Part shown: positions 9,183 to 20,478 of the stretch, piece after piece
Numbering within the stretch: position 1 is the stretch's first letter
How the letters are laid out: each line of letters begins with the position of its first letter
Assembly: GCA_051382335.1 (NCBI GenBank)
Contig: JBBCAX010000349.1
Span: forward strand, 8,421 to 72,420
DNA length: 64,000 nt
Origin: Deltaproteobacteria bacterium TL4
GTDB lineage: Bacteria; SAR324; NAC60-12
Reading direction: 5' to 3'
The notes under the pieces: model-generated
Seen by the model: the letters and a program-made list of their open reading frames with translations, nothing else
Database searches by the model: none
What the model was told of the DNA's origin: nothing
Position numbers and translations under genes: made by a program

Positions 9183-10938
9183 CGGACTCCGGAAAGACTT
9201 CACGTAACAGCAAGGCTCGTTTGGCGATTTTTCGAAAGACAGGAGCCGCCACCACGCCTCCATAGGAGGAAGTACGAGGGTGTTCCAAGAGCACTAAAAT
9301 TGTGAGTTCGGGCTCGGACGCCGGCACGAATCCAGCGAATATGGCAATATGTTTATTGCGGGAATACTTACCCGTTTTGGCATCATACACCTGACTTGTG
9401 CCCGTTTTTCCAGCTACCTGATATCCTGACAACGCCGCTTTTTCTGCGGTCCCTCCTGATTGAGTAACGGTTTTCATGTACTGTGTGATCGTTTCCGCCG
9501 TCTTTGCTTGAATGACTCGGTGTTGTGCTTGTGGACCAAATTTAAACACAATTTGATCATTCATGTAGCGAACCTCGTTAAACGATTCCCCTTTTTCATT
9601 GTTGACATGACTGACAACGTAAGGAGGAACCCAAATACCTCCATTCGCAAAGATGTTAATGGCACTGATGATTTGTATGGGAGACGCCAGCAGGCCGTGT
9701 CCATAGGAAATGGTTGCTTGATCCACTTCTGTCCATTTTTCCGGAGACAACACTCTTCCTGTCGCTTCTGCGGAAAGACCTACCCCCGTCTTGCTCCCAA
9801 AGCCGAATCTCAAAATACCTTGATAAAAGCGTTTTGGCGGAAGCTTCAAGCCTATTTTTGCCGCGCAAATATTGGATGATTTTTGAATTATTTCCTCCAG
9901 TGTGAGTATTTTATGCGCTGAGGTATCATGAATGATCCTATCTCCAATTCGAAATTCCCCGTTCTCACAATCAAAAGTCTGATCGGTTTGAATCACATGA
10001 TTTTCCAAAGCAATAGCCAGCGTGATGGGTTTGAAGCTGGAACCAGGTTCGTAGCCAAAAGTCACGGCACCATTCAACCAGGAAGAACTGTCATATCGAC
10101 CAAAATGATTTGGATTAAAGGAGGGGGAGCTTGCCATCGCTAATATCTGCCCTGACTTTGAATGTATGACAATAGCGATTCCCCGCTGAGCTTTGGCTTT
10201 CTTAACACCCTGGGCCAAATATTTTTCCGTGTAATATTGAATGGCCGTGTCGATGGTTAAATGGAGAGCATAACTGTGCGGATTTTTTAATTCTCGTGTA
10301 TCCGAGTTGGGAATAATACGATGTGTTCCATCTTTCTCAACGATGTAAATCAGTTTTCGACCATAAAGGAGATCCTGATATTCATACTCTAAACCTTCCA
10401 AACCTTTGGTGTCCTTATTGCCATCCGCATTCATCCCTGTAAACCCTAAGAGGGGTCCAGCAAGGTAACTGTTAGGGTAAAAGCGTTTATATTCTCGGAG
10501 AAACCCAAGGCCATTAATTTTCAAGGCCTTAATTTGACGGACAACTTCTGGTTTGAGTAAGCGCTTGAGCCAAATGAAGGCCCGTTTGGAAGACAGTTTG
10601 GCTATTAATCCCTGCCGCTTCATGGAGAGCAGGGGGGCCAGCTGATTGGCAACGGCTCTTGCGTTACTGATTTGACGCGCATTCGCGTAAAGAGAATCGA
10701 CAGGTACCGAAACCGCGAGCATCCGTCCTTTTCGATCGTAAATGGTCCCTCTTTGCGCCTCCAAGGTCACTGTAGATTCATGCTGGGAGCGTGCTATTTC
10801 TGTGATCTCTTTGGAATTGAAGATCTGTAAATAATAAACACGTCCGAGAATGATGACAAAACAGAGACCCATGACACAGACAACAGAAAGCAAACGGAAT
10901 TTAAAATCAGGAATAGCTTCGTTTTTTGTTTTAGTCAT
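9106..10938 (-). CDS. ftsI: Class B penicillin-binding protein PBP3/FtsI
   Basis: RGTIYDR, RFYP, GLEGLE, LTID, EPGSSFK (SxxK), SSN, KTGT. Lies downstream of ftsL. Confidence 0.92.
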   Translation of the reverse strand: MTKTKNEAIPDFKFRLLSVVCVMGLCFVIILGRVYYLQIFNSKEITEIARSQHESTVTLEAQRGTIYDRKGRMLAVSVPVDSLYANARQISNARAVANQLAPLLSMKRQGLIAKLSSKRAFIWLKRLLKPEVVRQIKALKINGLGFLREYKRFYPNSYLAGPLLGFTGMNADGNKDTKGLEGLEYEYQDLLYGRKLIYIVEKDGTHRIIPNSDTRELKNPHSYALHLTIDTAIQYYTEKYLAQGVKKAKAQRGIAIVIHSKSGQILAMASSPSFNPNHFGRYDSSSWLNGAVTFGYEPGSSFKPITLAIALENHVIQTDQTFDCENGEFRIGDRIIHDTSAHKILTLEEIIQKSSNICAAKIGLKLPPKRFYQGILRFGFGSKTGVGLSAEATGRVLSPEKWTEVDQATISYGHGLLASPIQIISAINIFANGGIWVPPYVVSHVNNEKGESFNEVRYMNDQIVFKFGPQAQHRVIQAKTAETITQYMKTVTQSGGTAEKAALSGYQVAGKTGTSQVYDAKTGKYSRNKHIAIFAGFVPASEPELTILVLLEHPRTSSYGGVVAAPVFRKIAKRALLLREVFPESVKTALSSSQTGLPNGSPQSGSQDSR

Positions 10939-11293
10939 GGTTTTTTGCTGTGTCCAATAAAAAATACTGGGTGGTTTTAGGGCGTTTCATCCCTAGGCGT
11001 TGAGTCGCAAAGGCCTCCAAGCGCTGAGGACGGGTCAGGTAATTGATTTCAACTTCCATCAGCGTTAACTGATGTTCTAACGCGGATTTTTCCTTTTCAA
11101 GCGATTGGATCTGATAGCCGTGTTGCAAATAACTCATCCATTGCCAAAGGTGAAACATGCTTCCAAGCGCAACTAAAACCGAGATGAACAACACCGTTTG
11201 AAACGACAAAAATACACTCTGCAATAGTTTTGATTTCTTCTTCCAACGATACTGTTCCCTTAATAAAGGGGGCCTTCTAGGAAAAATTTTCAT
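10931..11293 (-). CDS. ftsL: Cell division protein FtsL
   Basis: One TM, leucine-zipper coiled coil and LTRPQRLE..A...LGMKRP. Overlaps the ftsI start. Confidence 0.85.
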   Translation of the reverse strand: MKIFPRRPPLLREQYRWKKKSKLLQSVFLSFQTVLFISVLVALGSMFHLWQWMSYLQHGYQIQSLEKEKSALEHQLTLMEVEINYLTRPQRLEAFATQRLGMKRPKTTQYFLLDTAKNHD

Positions 11294-11552
11294 AGCCTTT
11301 CCATCCCTGCTATTCCGAGTTTTTTCTGAACATTCTTAAGAACAACCTCAACGGACTCACCTGCAATAGAAAAAAATTGCTGCATCTTTCCTTATGCAAA
11401 GATTGTGAATATAGGGTGTTCTTTATGCTTAAAGGCTCATTTTCGGTATTGACACAAAAGAACATCTTGAGTTCTTTGTTTCAGTAGGATACCTGTCTCT
11501 GAAGAGCCTTATTTTAAGGAAGGTGACACTCTATATCACAATGGAATGAAAG

Positions 11553-11933
11553 ATGCCACGATGGATTGATATTTGTTGTCCGGAATGCGGAACCATCCAG
11601 GAAGTACGAAGGGACATGAACTGTTTTGTGGATGTTCAAGGGGCTGAAATCCCCTGTCCTGATTGTGGTTGCCTTCATTGCAAAGAACTTCCTCCCTTGG
11701 TCAATCTACAGATCCGGAAGTTTTATGAGCCGAAAGGTCCTCGGAAAAAAATCAGTCTTGCTGACGAAAAGACCCCCTTGCCTAACGAAGTGCGTCAGTT
11801 ATTGGCAAAAGAATTATTTGATCCCTGTAGTTGTGGTGAGCACGCCCCTGTGGATCTTGAGGGACATGAGGCAGAGTGTCATGTCAATAAGCATAGTTTC
11901 ATGAAAAATCTGAAAAAAGACGAGTTACTTTAA
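11553..11933 (+). CDS. Zinc-ribbon protein (FmdB-like) with a Cys/His-rich tail
   Basis: MPRWIDICCPECG...CPDCGCLHC and C-terminal CSCGEH...H...CH...H. Confidence 0.65.
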   Translation: MPRWIDICCPECGTIQEVRRDMNCFVDVQGAEIPCPDCGCLHCKELPPLVNLQIRKFYEPKGPRKKISLADEKTPLPNEVRQLLAKELFDPCSCGEHAPVDLEGHEAECHVNKHSFMKNLKKDELL

Positions 11934-11960
11934 AATAATCTTTGACTCTTGAATTTGCTC

Positions 11961-12341
11961 ATGTCTGTTAGTATTTTCTTTGCCGTGGGAATTGGTGGAT
12001 TTTTTGGCGCCATTAGCCGTTTTTTTGTGGGTTATGCCATTTCAACTCATTTTGGCACATCTTTTCCCTATGGCACCCTGACTATCAATGCTCTGGGCTC
12101 TTTAATGATCGGTTTTCTTTCACGCTATTTTGTGCAGCACTTGGTGGTGAGTGATTTCATGAGGATGGGAATCCTGGTTGGGTTTTTAGGAGCCTTTACC
12201 ACCTTTTCCACCTTCAGTTATGAAACCATTGTTTTATTGCAGGAAGGTGAATCCTTGAAAGCGGGAATCAACGTTGTGAGCAATGGCCTTGTGTGTCTTA
12301 CGCTTTGTTTTGCGGGACTCCAACTTACCAAACTGATTTGA
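11961..12341 (+). CDS. crcB: Fluoride efflux channel FluC/CrcB
   Basis: GGFFGAISR, FPYGTLTIN, GFLGAFTTFSTF and 4 TM. Confidence 0.95.
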   Translation: MSVSIFFAVGIGGFFGAISRFFVGYAISTHFGTSFPYGTLTINALGSLMIGFLSRYFVQHLVVSDFMRMGILVGFLGAFTTFSTFSYETIVLLQEGESLKAGINVVSNGLVCLTLCFAGLQLTKLI

Positions 12342-12689
12342 ATGATGTCTGATAAATATACTGGAAAACGTTTACTTGCACGAATTACCATCAAAAACAG
12401 TTCCCAATATGAGGGAAAATCACTTTACCTCGCTTTAATCGAAAAGCTGGAAGCTCATCATATTTTTGGCGCGACCGTTACTCGAGGCGTTGGCGGATTC
12501 GGGAGCCATGCCCATTTTCATACGGATCGAATCTTGAGTCTTTCTTCAGAGTTACCCCTCATCATTGAATTTGTGGACTATGAAGAGCGTATCCGAGCCA
12601 TTTTACCAGAAATTGACCCAATGATCCCTTCAGGGATGATCACCTTGGAACAAGTAGAAGTCGTGTTTTATAGACAAGACTTTGAATAA
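12342..12689 (+). CDS. DUF190 (PII-like) protein
   Basis: GATVTRGVGGFG, LSSELPLIIEFVD, GMITLE. This family is a common neighbour of crcB. Confidence 0.88.
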   Translation: MMSDKYTGKRLLARITIKNSSQYEGKSLYLALIEKLEAHHIFGATVTRGVGGFGSHAHFHTDRILSLSSELPLIIEFVDYEERIRAILPEIDPMIPSGMITLEQVEVVFYRQDFE

Positions 12690-13982
<1,293 letters not shown>

Positions 13983-13989
13983 TCCCCTT

Positions 13990-14020
13990 GTGCGCTGAAG
14001 CTCTCAGCGCACTTTTCTTT
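13990..14020 (+). terminator. Intrinsic terminator after eno
   Basis: GTGCGCTGA-agctc-TCAGCGCAC followed by TTTTCTTT. Confidence 0.8.
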
Positions 14021-14169
14021 CCTCCTCAAAAATCTCTCCCAAAAAGTTGCGCATCCCCCCATGAACTTGTATAGACAAGGGTAGGCAACGTGTGTTTAAG
14101 CGAAATAAGCACATCGTAAATCGTTCTATCATGAAGCTCTTTCGTTCAACCCTGTTCCTTGAAAAGACT

Positions 14170-15141
14170 ATGAAAAAATCATTATGGTTCTTAACCTCTA
14201 TTCTTTTTCCCGCATTATTATGCGCAGAACCCTGTTATCTGACTGTTGAAAAATCTGGAAATTTCGATTCTGGTGTCGTGCACTCCATGGCAAAACCTCT
14301 CGTGAGTCAATATATCGAACCGATTAGCCCTGTTCCCAATGAAGGTTTTAGTGATAAGGACTGTTATTACCGTATCAATGTCAACGAATCCCGACAAGGG
14401 TTTACTGTCTCCATTTCAGGGAAATTGAATGCCTTAGGCGATTCGCAACGTGTGGGAATGGAGGGTTTAAGAGAAGCCTTGCTCCATGCTATTTATCAAG
14501 GGACCCAAAATCAGGGAACCCGAAGTCGCCTCTGTCAAGATTATGCCCAGGATTTAGTGAAAGTCTGCTCTCCGCAGCAGTTCAATTCCAAGATAATGAC
14601 GGGAACACCTCCTGCGCCTCAAGCAGGGCCCACGGCCTCTCTTCCTACCAGGAAATTTCAAGCTGAAGAACCGACCCCAACTGCGGTCATTCACGTGGAT
14701 CAGGAAAATCCTCAAGACGCTCAAGCCGCCATGTTTGAAAATGGAATTAGAAATTTAGTAAAACAAGGGAAATATGGAATTGCCTTAAAACGAATCAACC
14801 AAGCCTTAAAAAAACATCCTGACGCACCCAGGCTTTTCATGGCAAAAGGACAGATCTTCAGGAGAATGGGAGAAAATCAAAAAGCCAAGATTGCGTTTGA
14901 GAAAGCCTGTGCTCTGGGAGCTCAACAGGCTTGTTCTTTAGTAAAAGGCGAGCAAGATGGACGGCCTGGTTATGAACGTGGAAATAAAGGACAAAATCGA
15001 GTAAACACCCCGGAACAAAGGAATAGAATCAACAGACAGGGTCCTGACGGGGAAGGACGCGGAAGTCAGAGGGGAAAAGGCGCTAGAGGGCAAAACCAGG
15101 AAAATCACCCCTATGAGGACACTCCTCAAAGCAAATATTAA
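14170..15141 (+). CDS. Secreted TPR-containing hypothetical protein
   Basis: Signal peptide from MKKSLWF, Cys-containing N-domain, Pro-rich linker, TPR pair (ALKRINQAL...KGQIFRRMG...FEKACALG) and a disordered G/R/Q tail. Confidence 0.75.
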   Translation: MKKSLWFLTSILFPALLCAEPCYLTVEKSGNFDSGVVHSMAKPLVSQYIEPISPVPNEGFSDKDCYYRINVNESRQGFTVSISGKLNALGDSQRVGMEGLREALLHAIYQGTQNQGTRSRLCQDYAQDLVKVCSPQQFNSKIMTGTPPAPQAGPTASLPTRKFQAEEPTPTAVIHVDQENPQDAQAAMFENGIRNLVKQGKYGIALKRINQALKKHPDAPRLFMAKGQIFRRMGENQKAKIAFEKACALGAQQACSLVKGEQDGRPGYERGNKGQNRVNTPEQRNRINRQGPDGEGRGSQRGKGARGQNQENHPYEDTPQSKY

Positions 15142-15179
15142 GAACTTAATAAAATTCACACGGATCAACTGTTAACGCT

Positions 15180-18100
15180 ATGAAAATCCACTTAAGAATC
15201 CTACAGCTTTTATTGAGCGCCCTGATGATACTTGTAAGTCCGGCTTACTGCGAACAAGTAAGTTTGGATGAAACACTTTTCATGGCCAAAGGACTCAATG
15301 AAACCCTGCTAAGGGTTGCGTCTCCAGGACAGTATCGTCTTCAAACTAAAAGTGATCAAGGAACTCAATTAACTTTAGTAGATCGCATGGTAGGGCCAAC
15401 TCATGTTTCCGGTGTTATGGGACAAAGCGATGCCCGTTTGGATGTTTTACTGGATGAAGGCGTTTACAAAGTCCGCTTGCAATCCCATCAAGAGGGGGTT
15501 GGACAAGTCGAACTTTCTGTTTTTACCTTTAAGGAAACTCAAGCAAAAAAACAAATCCCCGATTTCCCGGTTTTAGAATGGCCAAGTACGTATGCGGGAA
15601 AATTAGAAGATTTACAACAGAAGTCCTTTTGGTTTCACCTGGAAAATAGAGACGTGATCCGTTGGGAAGCCATGGGCAGAAATTTAAAAAACTGTCGCTT
15701 ATGGCTGGATGGCAATTGGTTGATCGCAGAACAAGCGACAAGTTCAAGCTATGAGCCGATTGAAGGGCAACCCATGACCTATTTGGAGTTTAATCAACAA
15801 ATTAACCCGGGACTCTACCTGTTGACTTGTTATGGCGGAGAAGCCTTACCCTGGACAGAGCAAACCGACCGTCATCTCTTTTTTGTTCGTACAGGGGTTT
15901 CGAGTCTTGGCGATAGTGGGAGGCAAACATGGACAATTTCTCCTTTTGGACGGGATGTATTTAGGCTTCCTAAAGAAACGAATTTTTTTCAACTGATTCG
16001 TGAGGATAAAAAGGAGACCACTTTAAGCACAGGAACATGGACCGAGTATGGAACAAGGCATAAAGAGGAAAACCCTTGTAAAATCACAAAAGAGTCCCGA
16101 GATCCCTGGTGCGTTATTCAGAGTGCTTCCGGTTATGAAAAACAAGTGGTAAGTATTCGTGGGGAGCCTGGAGATGAAGTCCTTCTGGATTATTTTGTGA
16201 GTAAAAACGAAAAATTCGCCTTACCTCGTCAGACACAGGAATACTGGATCTCGAGTTTGCATTCCACAGAAGGAAATGATGCGATTGATGTGACAGGCCT
16301 GATTATGAGTTTTTATGACAAGAAACCGATTATCTCCCAATTTCTGAGCCTCGGCAGAGGAAAACCCCTGGTACGGAAAATCAATTTATTGGGCGAGGAT
16401 GAAGTCTATATACAAGTTGAAGACTCAGGGACCTATACCCTTTTGGAAGATCCGGCTCAAGGAGCCAGCGTTCAATATCAACTGGAACCTTTGATGTTTT
16501 ATGAAAGAACAGATTATCGGGCTCCTTTGCAAAAACCGGGTGATGAGGTTGAGCTGATCCAGGGGATTTATGTATTGAAACTGCACCCTGTCTCTAAAGG
16601 AATTCTATCGTTTACACTGCGTAAAAAAGAAAAATTTGAACTCCATACCTTTACTGAAAAGATGGTTTCGACCATACACGATGTATTGGGAACGCAAGTA
16701 GAGACTTACGGAAATCTGCTTTGGCCCGCGGTGACTATTTCAGGAAGCGATAGGCCTCATGAGCTTTGGATGAATAGGAGGTATGGAGTCACGTCTGGTA
16801 TTATTATGAGACCCTTGCCTTTAAACTTGGAAACCCCTCTCCCTATAACACTTGCCACGGGTCAGCAAGTTCCTATCAAAATCCATATTCACCAACGCTC
16901 ACGGATTGAGGTAAGTCATAAGCAGAACGCCAAATATTCGTTAAGTCAGAATGGAGCGTCTTTAAGTAGAAGCAGTTTTTTACCTCAGGGTCCTTATACG
17001 CTTACGCTTAAAAATACAGGAGAAACTTCCGGCTTATTTACCATCCAGGCGATGCCTTTTGTTTCCACCAAAAAGCTTTCCCCGAAACATCTTGACCATT
17101 TACAACAGGTTTCAGGATCATTTCCGGTTCTTAAAGAACAGAAGCCTGTTTTTGTGAATTTTGAGCGACACGAAAACAAACACTTCACCGTATTGGTTGA
17201 AGAAGCCGGTCTGTACCGTATCGAAACGAGTGGACGCCTCGCGACGCAACTTACGGTTAGAAACCGAATGACAACGTCGTTATTTAATGCCTCACTCAAT
17301 GGCATTGGCAGAAATGCTTTGGTACAGCAATACCTGAAACCAGGCGAGTATCAAGTGACGGTGCAGACACAAGGACAATCAAAAGGTCGTGCGGGAATCC
17401 ATTTACGTCGAACCGCATTGGATACAGATAAAACTTTATTGGTTGATGGAGTTCAACGAGTCAGCTTGGAACCTGATGCCGCTGTTCGTTATCATTTTGA
17501 AATTACGGAAAAAGGAAACTATCAAATTCAAACCTCAGGTTTGGGAAAAACATTCGGTTTCCGCTTGGATGACGCGGAGGGTTGGCCTTTGGTGTCACCC
17601 GGAAATCAAGTCAGCATTCAACAGGAACTAGGGCCTGGTTCTTACTTTTACTACTCACTTCCCAGTTTTCTGGAAAGTCGACGAAGCACCAAACTGAGTC
17701 AAATTAAATCACCGGCTGAACTTGTAGGAAAAGGCCCCCATGTTTTGCCGATCAATGCCACCCGCTCTCATCTTTGGCGTGAAACGCCAGGACGGATTCC
17801 CGATGTTTATACGCTCAACATTCCCGCGAATGTATTAGCAACGGGGACTTTAAGCAAAGGGATGGAGCTTTTTCTTTTTAGAAAAGGGGAAGGGCTGATT
17901 GAGACCATTTACGGGCCTAGTGGATGGGAAGGTGAATTAAAAACAGGGGAATACGAGGCCCAGGTGAAGAGTATTGAAACGAATGATTTATTTCCCTACA
18001 CTCTTGGCTTTCAAACCAAACAACTGATTTCAGGCATAACTCAAAAAATTCATTCGCTCCCCGCCTTACTCAAGGTCAGTGTTGGAACGACCAGTTTCGT

Positions 18101-20456
18101 TGATATCGCAAGTGAGGGAGGAACCGATGTGAAAGCGGTTTTATGTAATGAGCAGGGAACCCGGATCTTAGGATGGAATGATGACGCGAAAGATGATTGG
18201 AATTTCCATCTTTCACAAAGATTAAAACCAGGTCTCTATACACTGAGGGTGATGTCTGTGGGCCAAAAAAGAGGTTCGGTTGGGGTCAAGATGCGGACAC
18301 GGGAAGAGGTTTCACTTCAAGAGCATTTCCTCCCTTTCACCGTCGAAGAACGCTTGGGTGAAAAAGTATGGACGGTACCGTTCCAAAGCAAAAATAAAGA
18401 AAGTTTGATTCATCTCAAAGCCTCTGATCCTGACATCGGAATGACCTTGTTGACTCAAGATAGGGTTGTGGCTCAAGAAAAAGGTGAAATGTTTATCCCA
18501 CTGAAATCCGACGATTTGTATCATCTCCAATTCTGGCATTTGAACAGTTCTTCCGAACCGATAACGATTACGGCAAAGCTTTTACCCTTCATAAAATCTG
18601 CGCTTTCGTCGTCTCAAACCAAGCTGGACATTCCTCCTAAAGAACATACGACCATTGTGCTATCCAGTGCTGAAAATATCAGTTATCACCTGTCGGAAAA
18701 TCTAAAATCCTGGTTTTGTACGGCAGAACATTCCTCATGTCACCCCTTGGAAAATACGCCTTTTAGTTTGAATCAAGGAAAAGGCTGGTTGATTGTCAAA
18801 GGAGGGATCTCTGAAGAACAAATCACCTTAACGCCTTTTGAATTATCGCTTCAAAAGGTCACTATGGTTGAACTCGGACAGACCCCTTTAGCCTTTAACA
18901 TCAATGTTTCAAAATCAGCGCCATTATTACTGGAGGCAACGTCCGTGGGGGGGATGTTAGGTGGCATGATTTCATCACAAAAAGCCGCTTCGTCTTTTTC
19001 CCGATCTTTTCATTGGTTTGGTTCAGAGAGTCAGCCGGCAAAAACAATCATGGGAATTCCAACAAAAGGACAATATTGGGGCCGAATCTGGAAAACAAAG
19101 AAATCTTCAAACCCGGAAAAGGTATTTTTTAAATTTCATGTCTTTGATCCTCAAGCACAGAAAGAACTGCCTTTCATGTCCACAGTTGAAGGTGTGCTCC
19201 AATCCGGTCAATCACAAAGTTATGCCTTGTCACAAAAGACAGGGACGCTCGAGCTTTCCATGACAAAAGGCATGGTTGCGTTTGTCTGGTCACAAGAACA
19301 AACAGAAACTCTGATTTCAGCAATGGAGGGAAATGTTCAGGAAACGGTTGATGTTTCCGGAGGTCTTTTGATTTTCACAAACCAGGGAAACCAAGAGGCT
19401 TTATTCCATCTGACACCGGGAACAAAAAAAAATACCCTCCCTGCTTTTGATAACCGGAAAGGCTTTGAAGCTACTTTTTCTGAACCGGGAAAATTCTATT
19501 TATTCCTTCAAGAAATTCAAACCGGACATCACCTTTTTGTTGATGGCGACCATGTTTCCAGCCGCTTTTTTGATGCGGAGGGGGTGCTTCGATCAGGAAC
19601 TCAATTCGAGATTAAGACGCCCTCAGAGCAAAATCAAGGAATGCTGGAAGTAACTCATGATACTGGTTTTGTGCAAGTATGGCAGGGTCCTGTTCCTCAA
19701 AAGGAACGCCTACGGATGGGATCGCATGAAAACGTTGAGGAGTCCCCGTTGCTCGAAACAGGCGAACTGAAGCATGAAACGCAATTGTGGAAAATCACCT
19801 TAAAACATCCCGGTTACCTTATCGTTGAGACGAACGCTCCTGGTGCAACCGCATTGCTTGATAAACAAATGGTATTAAAAACCGCGCTAAGTGGATTCTC
19901 AACCCAACGCAGGCTTTCCTATTTTCTTGATTCCGGGGAATATCAATTGTGGACACGCCCCATTGAAGGCACAAAGCAAACCGGCACCATTGAGATTCAA
20001 AAACTCGCGCCTGTTCTTCTTCACGAAGGACTTTCAGAAAAGATCTCACTGATACGTTCCGGAGTCCCTCATGTCTATCAATTTGAAGTTTATGCCAAAG
20101 CTAAAATAGGAATTGGAGTTCGGACAGAGCAAGATCAGTTGAAAGGAGAACTCTATGATTCCAAATTTCAGTGGATCGCTCAAGGTCCTTTAATTTTTCG
20201 TGAGCTTGAACCAGGGAAATACATCTATGTCGTTTCTTTAAGCACCCCTTCATCACCTCCTGTCCAGTATAAACCCGTACTTTGGGGGACACAGGGCAGT
20301 GAGTCAGGGGTTCCTGAAGAAGTGATGAAACAATACCAGCGGGAGGGACTTGCCATTCGTGATGAAATCCTATTGGGTGATCACGGCAATACTCGAACAG
20401 AAAGCGACAGAGCTTCAAACAACACAGAAAATCCAGCGTCTGTTTGTCAATTCTAA
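15180..20456 (+). CDS. Very large secreted beta-rich repeat protein (PPC-like modules) upstream of alpha-2-macroglobulin
   Basis: Signal peptide. Recurrent modules G.YR(L/I).T...T.L...L.(P/E)G.Y.V, e.g. SPGQYRLQTKS...LDEGVYKV, EAGLYRIETSG...LKPGEYQV, LKPGLYTL, LDSGEYQL, LEPGKYIY. Confidence 0.8.
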   Translation: MKIHLRILQLLLSALMILVSPAYCEQVSLDETLFMAKGLNETLLRVASPGQYRLQTKSDQGTQLTLVDRMVGPTHVSGVMGQSDARLDVLLDEGVYKVRLQSHQEGVGQVELSVFTFKETQAKKQIPDFPVLEWPSTYAGKLEDLQQKSFWFHLENRDVIRWEAMGRNLKNCRLWLDGNWLIAEQATSSSYEPIEGQPMTYLEFNQQINPGLYLLTCYGGEALPWTEQTDRHLFFVRTGVSSLGDSGRQTWTISPFGRDVFRLPKETNFFQLIREDKKETTLSTGTWTEYGTRHKEENPCKITKESRDPWCVIQSASGYEKQVVSIRGEPGDEVLLDYFVSKNEKFALPRQTQEYWISSLHSTEGNDAIDVTGLIMSFYDKKPIISQFLSLGRGKPLVRKINLLGEDEVYIQVEDSGTYTLLEDPAQGASVQYQLEPLMFYERTDYRAPLQKPGDEVELIQGIYVLKLHPVSKGILSFTLRKKEKFELHTFTEKMVSTIHDVLGTQVETYGNLLWPAVTISGSDRPHELWMNRRYGVTSGIIMRPLPLNLETPLPITLATGQQVPIKIHIHQRSRIEVSHKQNAKYSLSQNGASLSRSSFLPQGPYTLTLKNTGETSGLFTIQAMPFVSTKKLSPKHLDHLQQVSGSFPVLKEQKPVFVNFERHENKHFTVLVEEAGLYRIETSGRLATQLTVRNRMTTSLFNASLNGIGRNALVQQYLKPGEYQVTVQTQGQSKGRAGIHLRRTALDTDKTLLVDGVQRVSLEPDAAVRYHFEITEKGNYQIQTSGLGKTFGFRLDDAEGWPLVSPGNQVSIQQELGPGSYFYYSLPSFLESRRSTKLSQIKSPAELVGKGPHVLPINATRSHLWRETPGRIPDVYTLNIPANVLATGTLSKGMELFLFRKGEGLIETIYGPSGWEGELKTGEYEAQVKSIETNDLFPYTLGFQTKQLISGITQKIHSLPALLKVSVGTTSFVDIASEGGTDVKAVLCNEQGTRILGWNDDAKDDWNFHLSQRLKPGLYTLRVMSVGQKRGSVGVKMRTREEVSLQEHFLPFTVEERLGEKVWTVPFQSKNKESLIHLKASDPDIGMTLLTQDRVVAQEKGEMFIPLKSDDLYHLQFWHLNSSSEPITITAKLLPFIKSALSSSQTKLDIPPKEHTTIVLSSAENISYHLSENLKSWFCTAEHSSCHPLENTPFSLNQGKGWLIVKGGISEEQITLTPFELSLQKVTMVELGQTPLAFNINVSKSAPLLLEATSVGGMLGGMISSQKAASSFSRSFHWFGSESQPAKTIMGIPTKGQYWGRIWKTKKSSNPEKVFFKFHVFDPQAQKELPFMSTVEGVLQSGQSQSYALSQKTGTLELSMTKGMVAFVWSQEQTETLISAMEGNVQETVDVSGGLLIFTNQGNQEALFHLTPGTKKNTLPAFDNRKGFEATFSEPGKFYLFLQEIQTGHHLFVDGDHVSSRFFDAEGVLRSGTQFEIKTPSEQNQGMLEVTHDTGFVQVWQGPVPQKERLRMGSHENVEESPLLETGELKHETQLWKITLKHPGYLIVETNAPGATALLDKQMVLKTALSGFSTQRRLSYFLDSGEYQLWTRPIEGTKQTGTIEIQKLAPVLLHEGLSEKISLIRSGVPHVYQFEVYAKAKIGIGVRTEQDQLKGELYDSKFQWIAQGPLIFRELEPGKYIYVVSLSTPSSPPVQYKPVLWGTQGSESGVPEEVMKQYQREGLAIRDEILLGDHGNTRTESDRASNNTENPASVCQF

Positions 20457-20478
20457 ATCTTTAAAGCCAAGGTGGATT

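Noticed and set aside
11294..11960. Fluoride (crcB) riboswitch
   Set aside because: I could not find the GATGG...GCTGATGAC-type conserved core by eye. A covariance search is needed to exclude it.
20350..20478. Long overlap or programmed frameshift joining the 1758-aa protein and A2M
   Set aside because: A2M has its own signal peptide from ATG 20479 with an upstream AAGGTGG, so the overlap is an ORF-calling extension.
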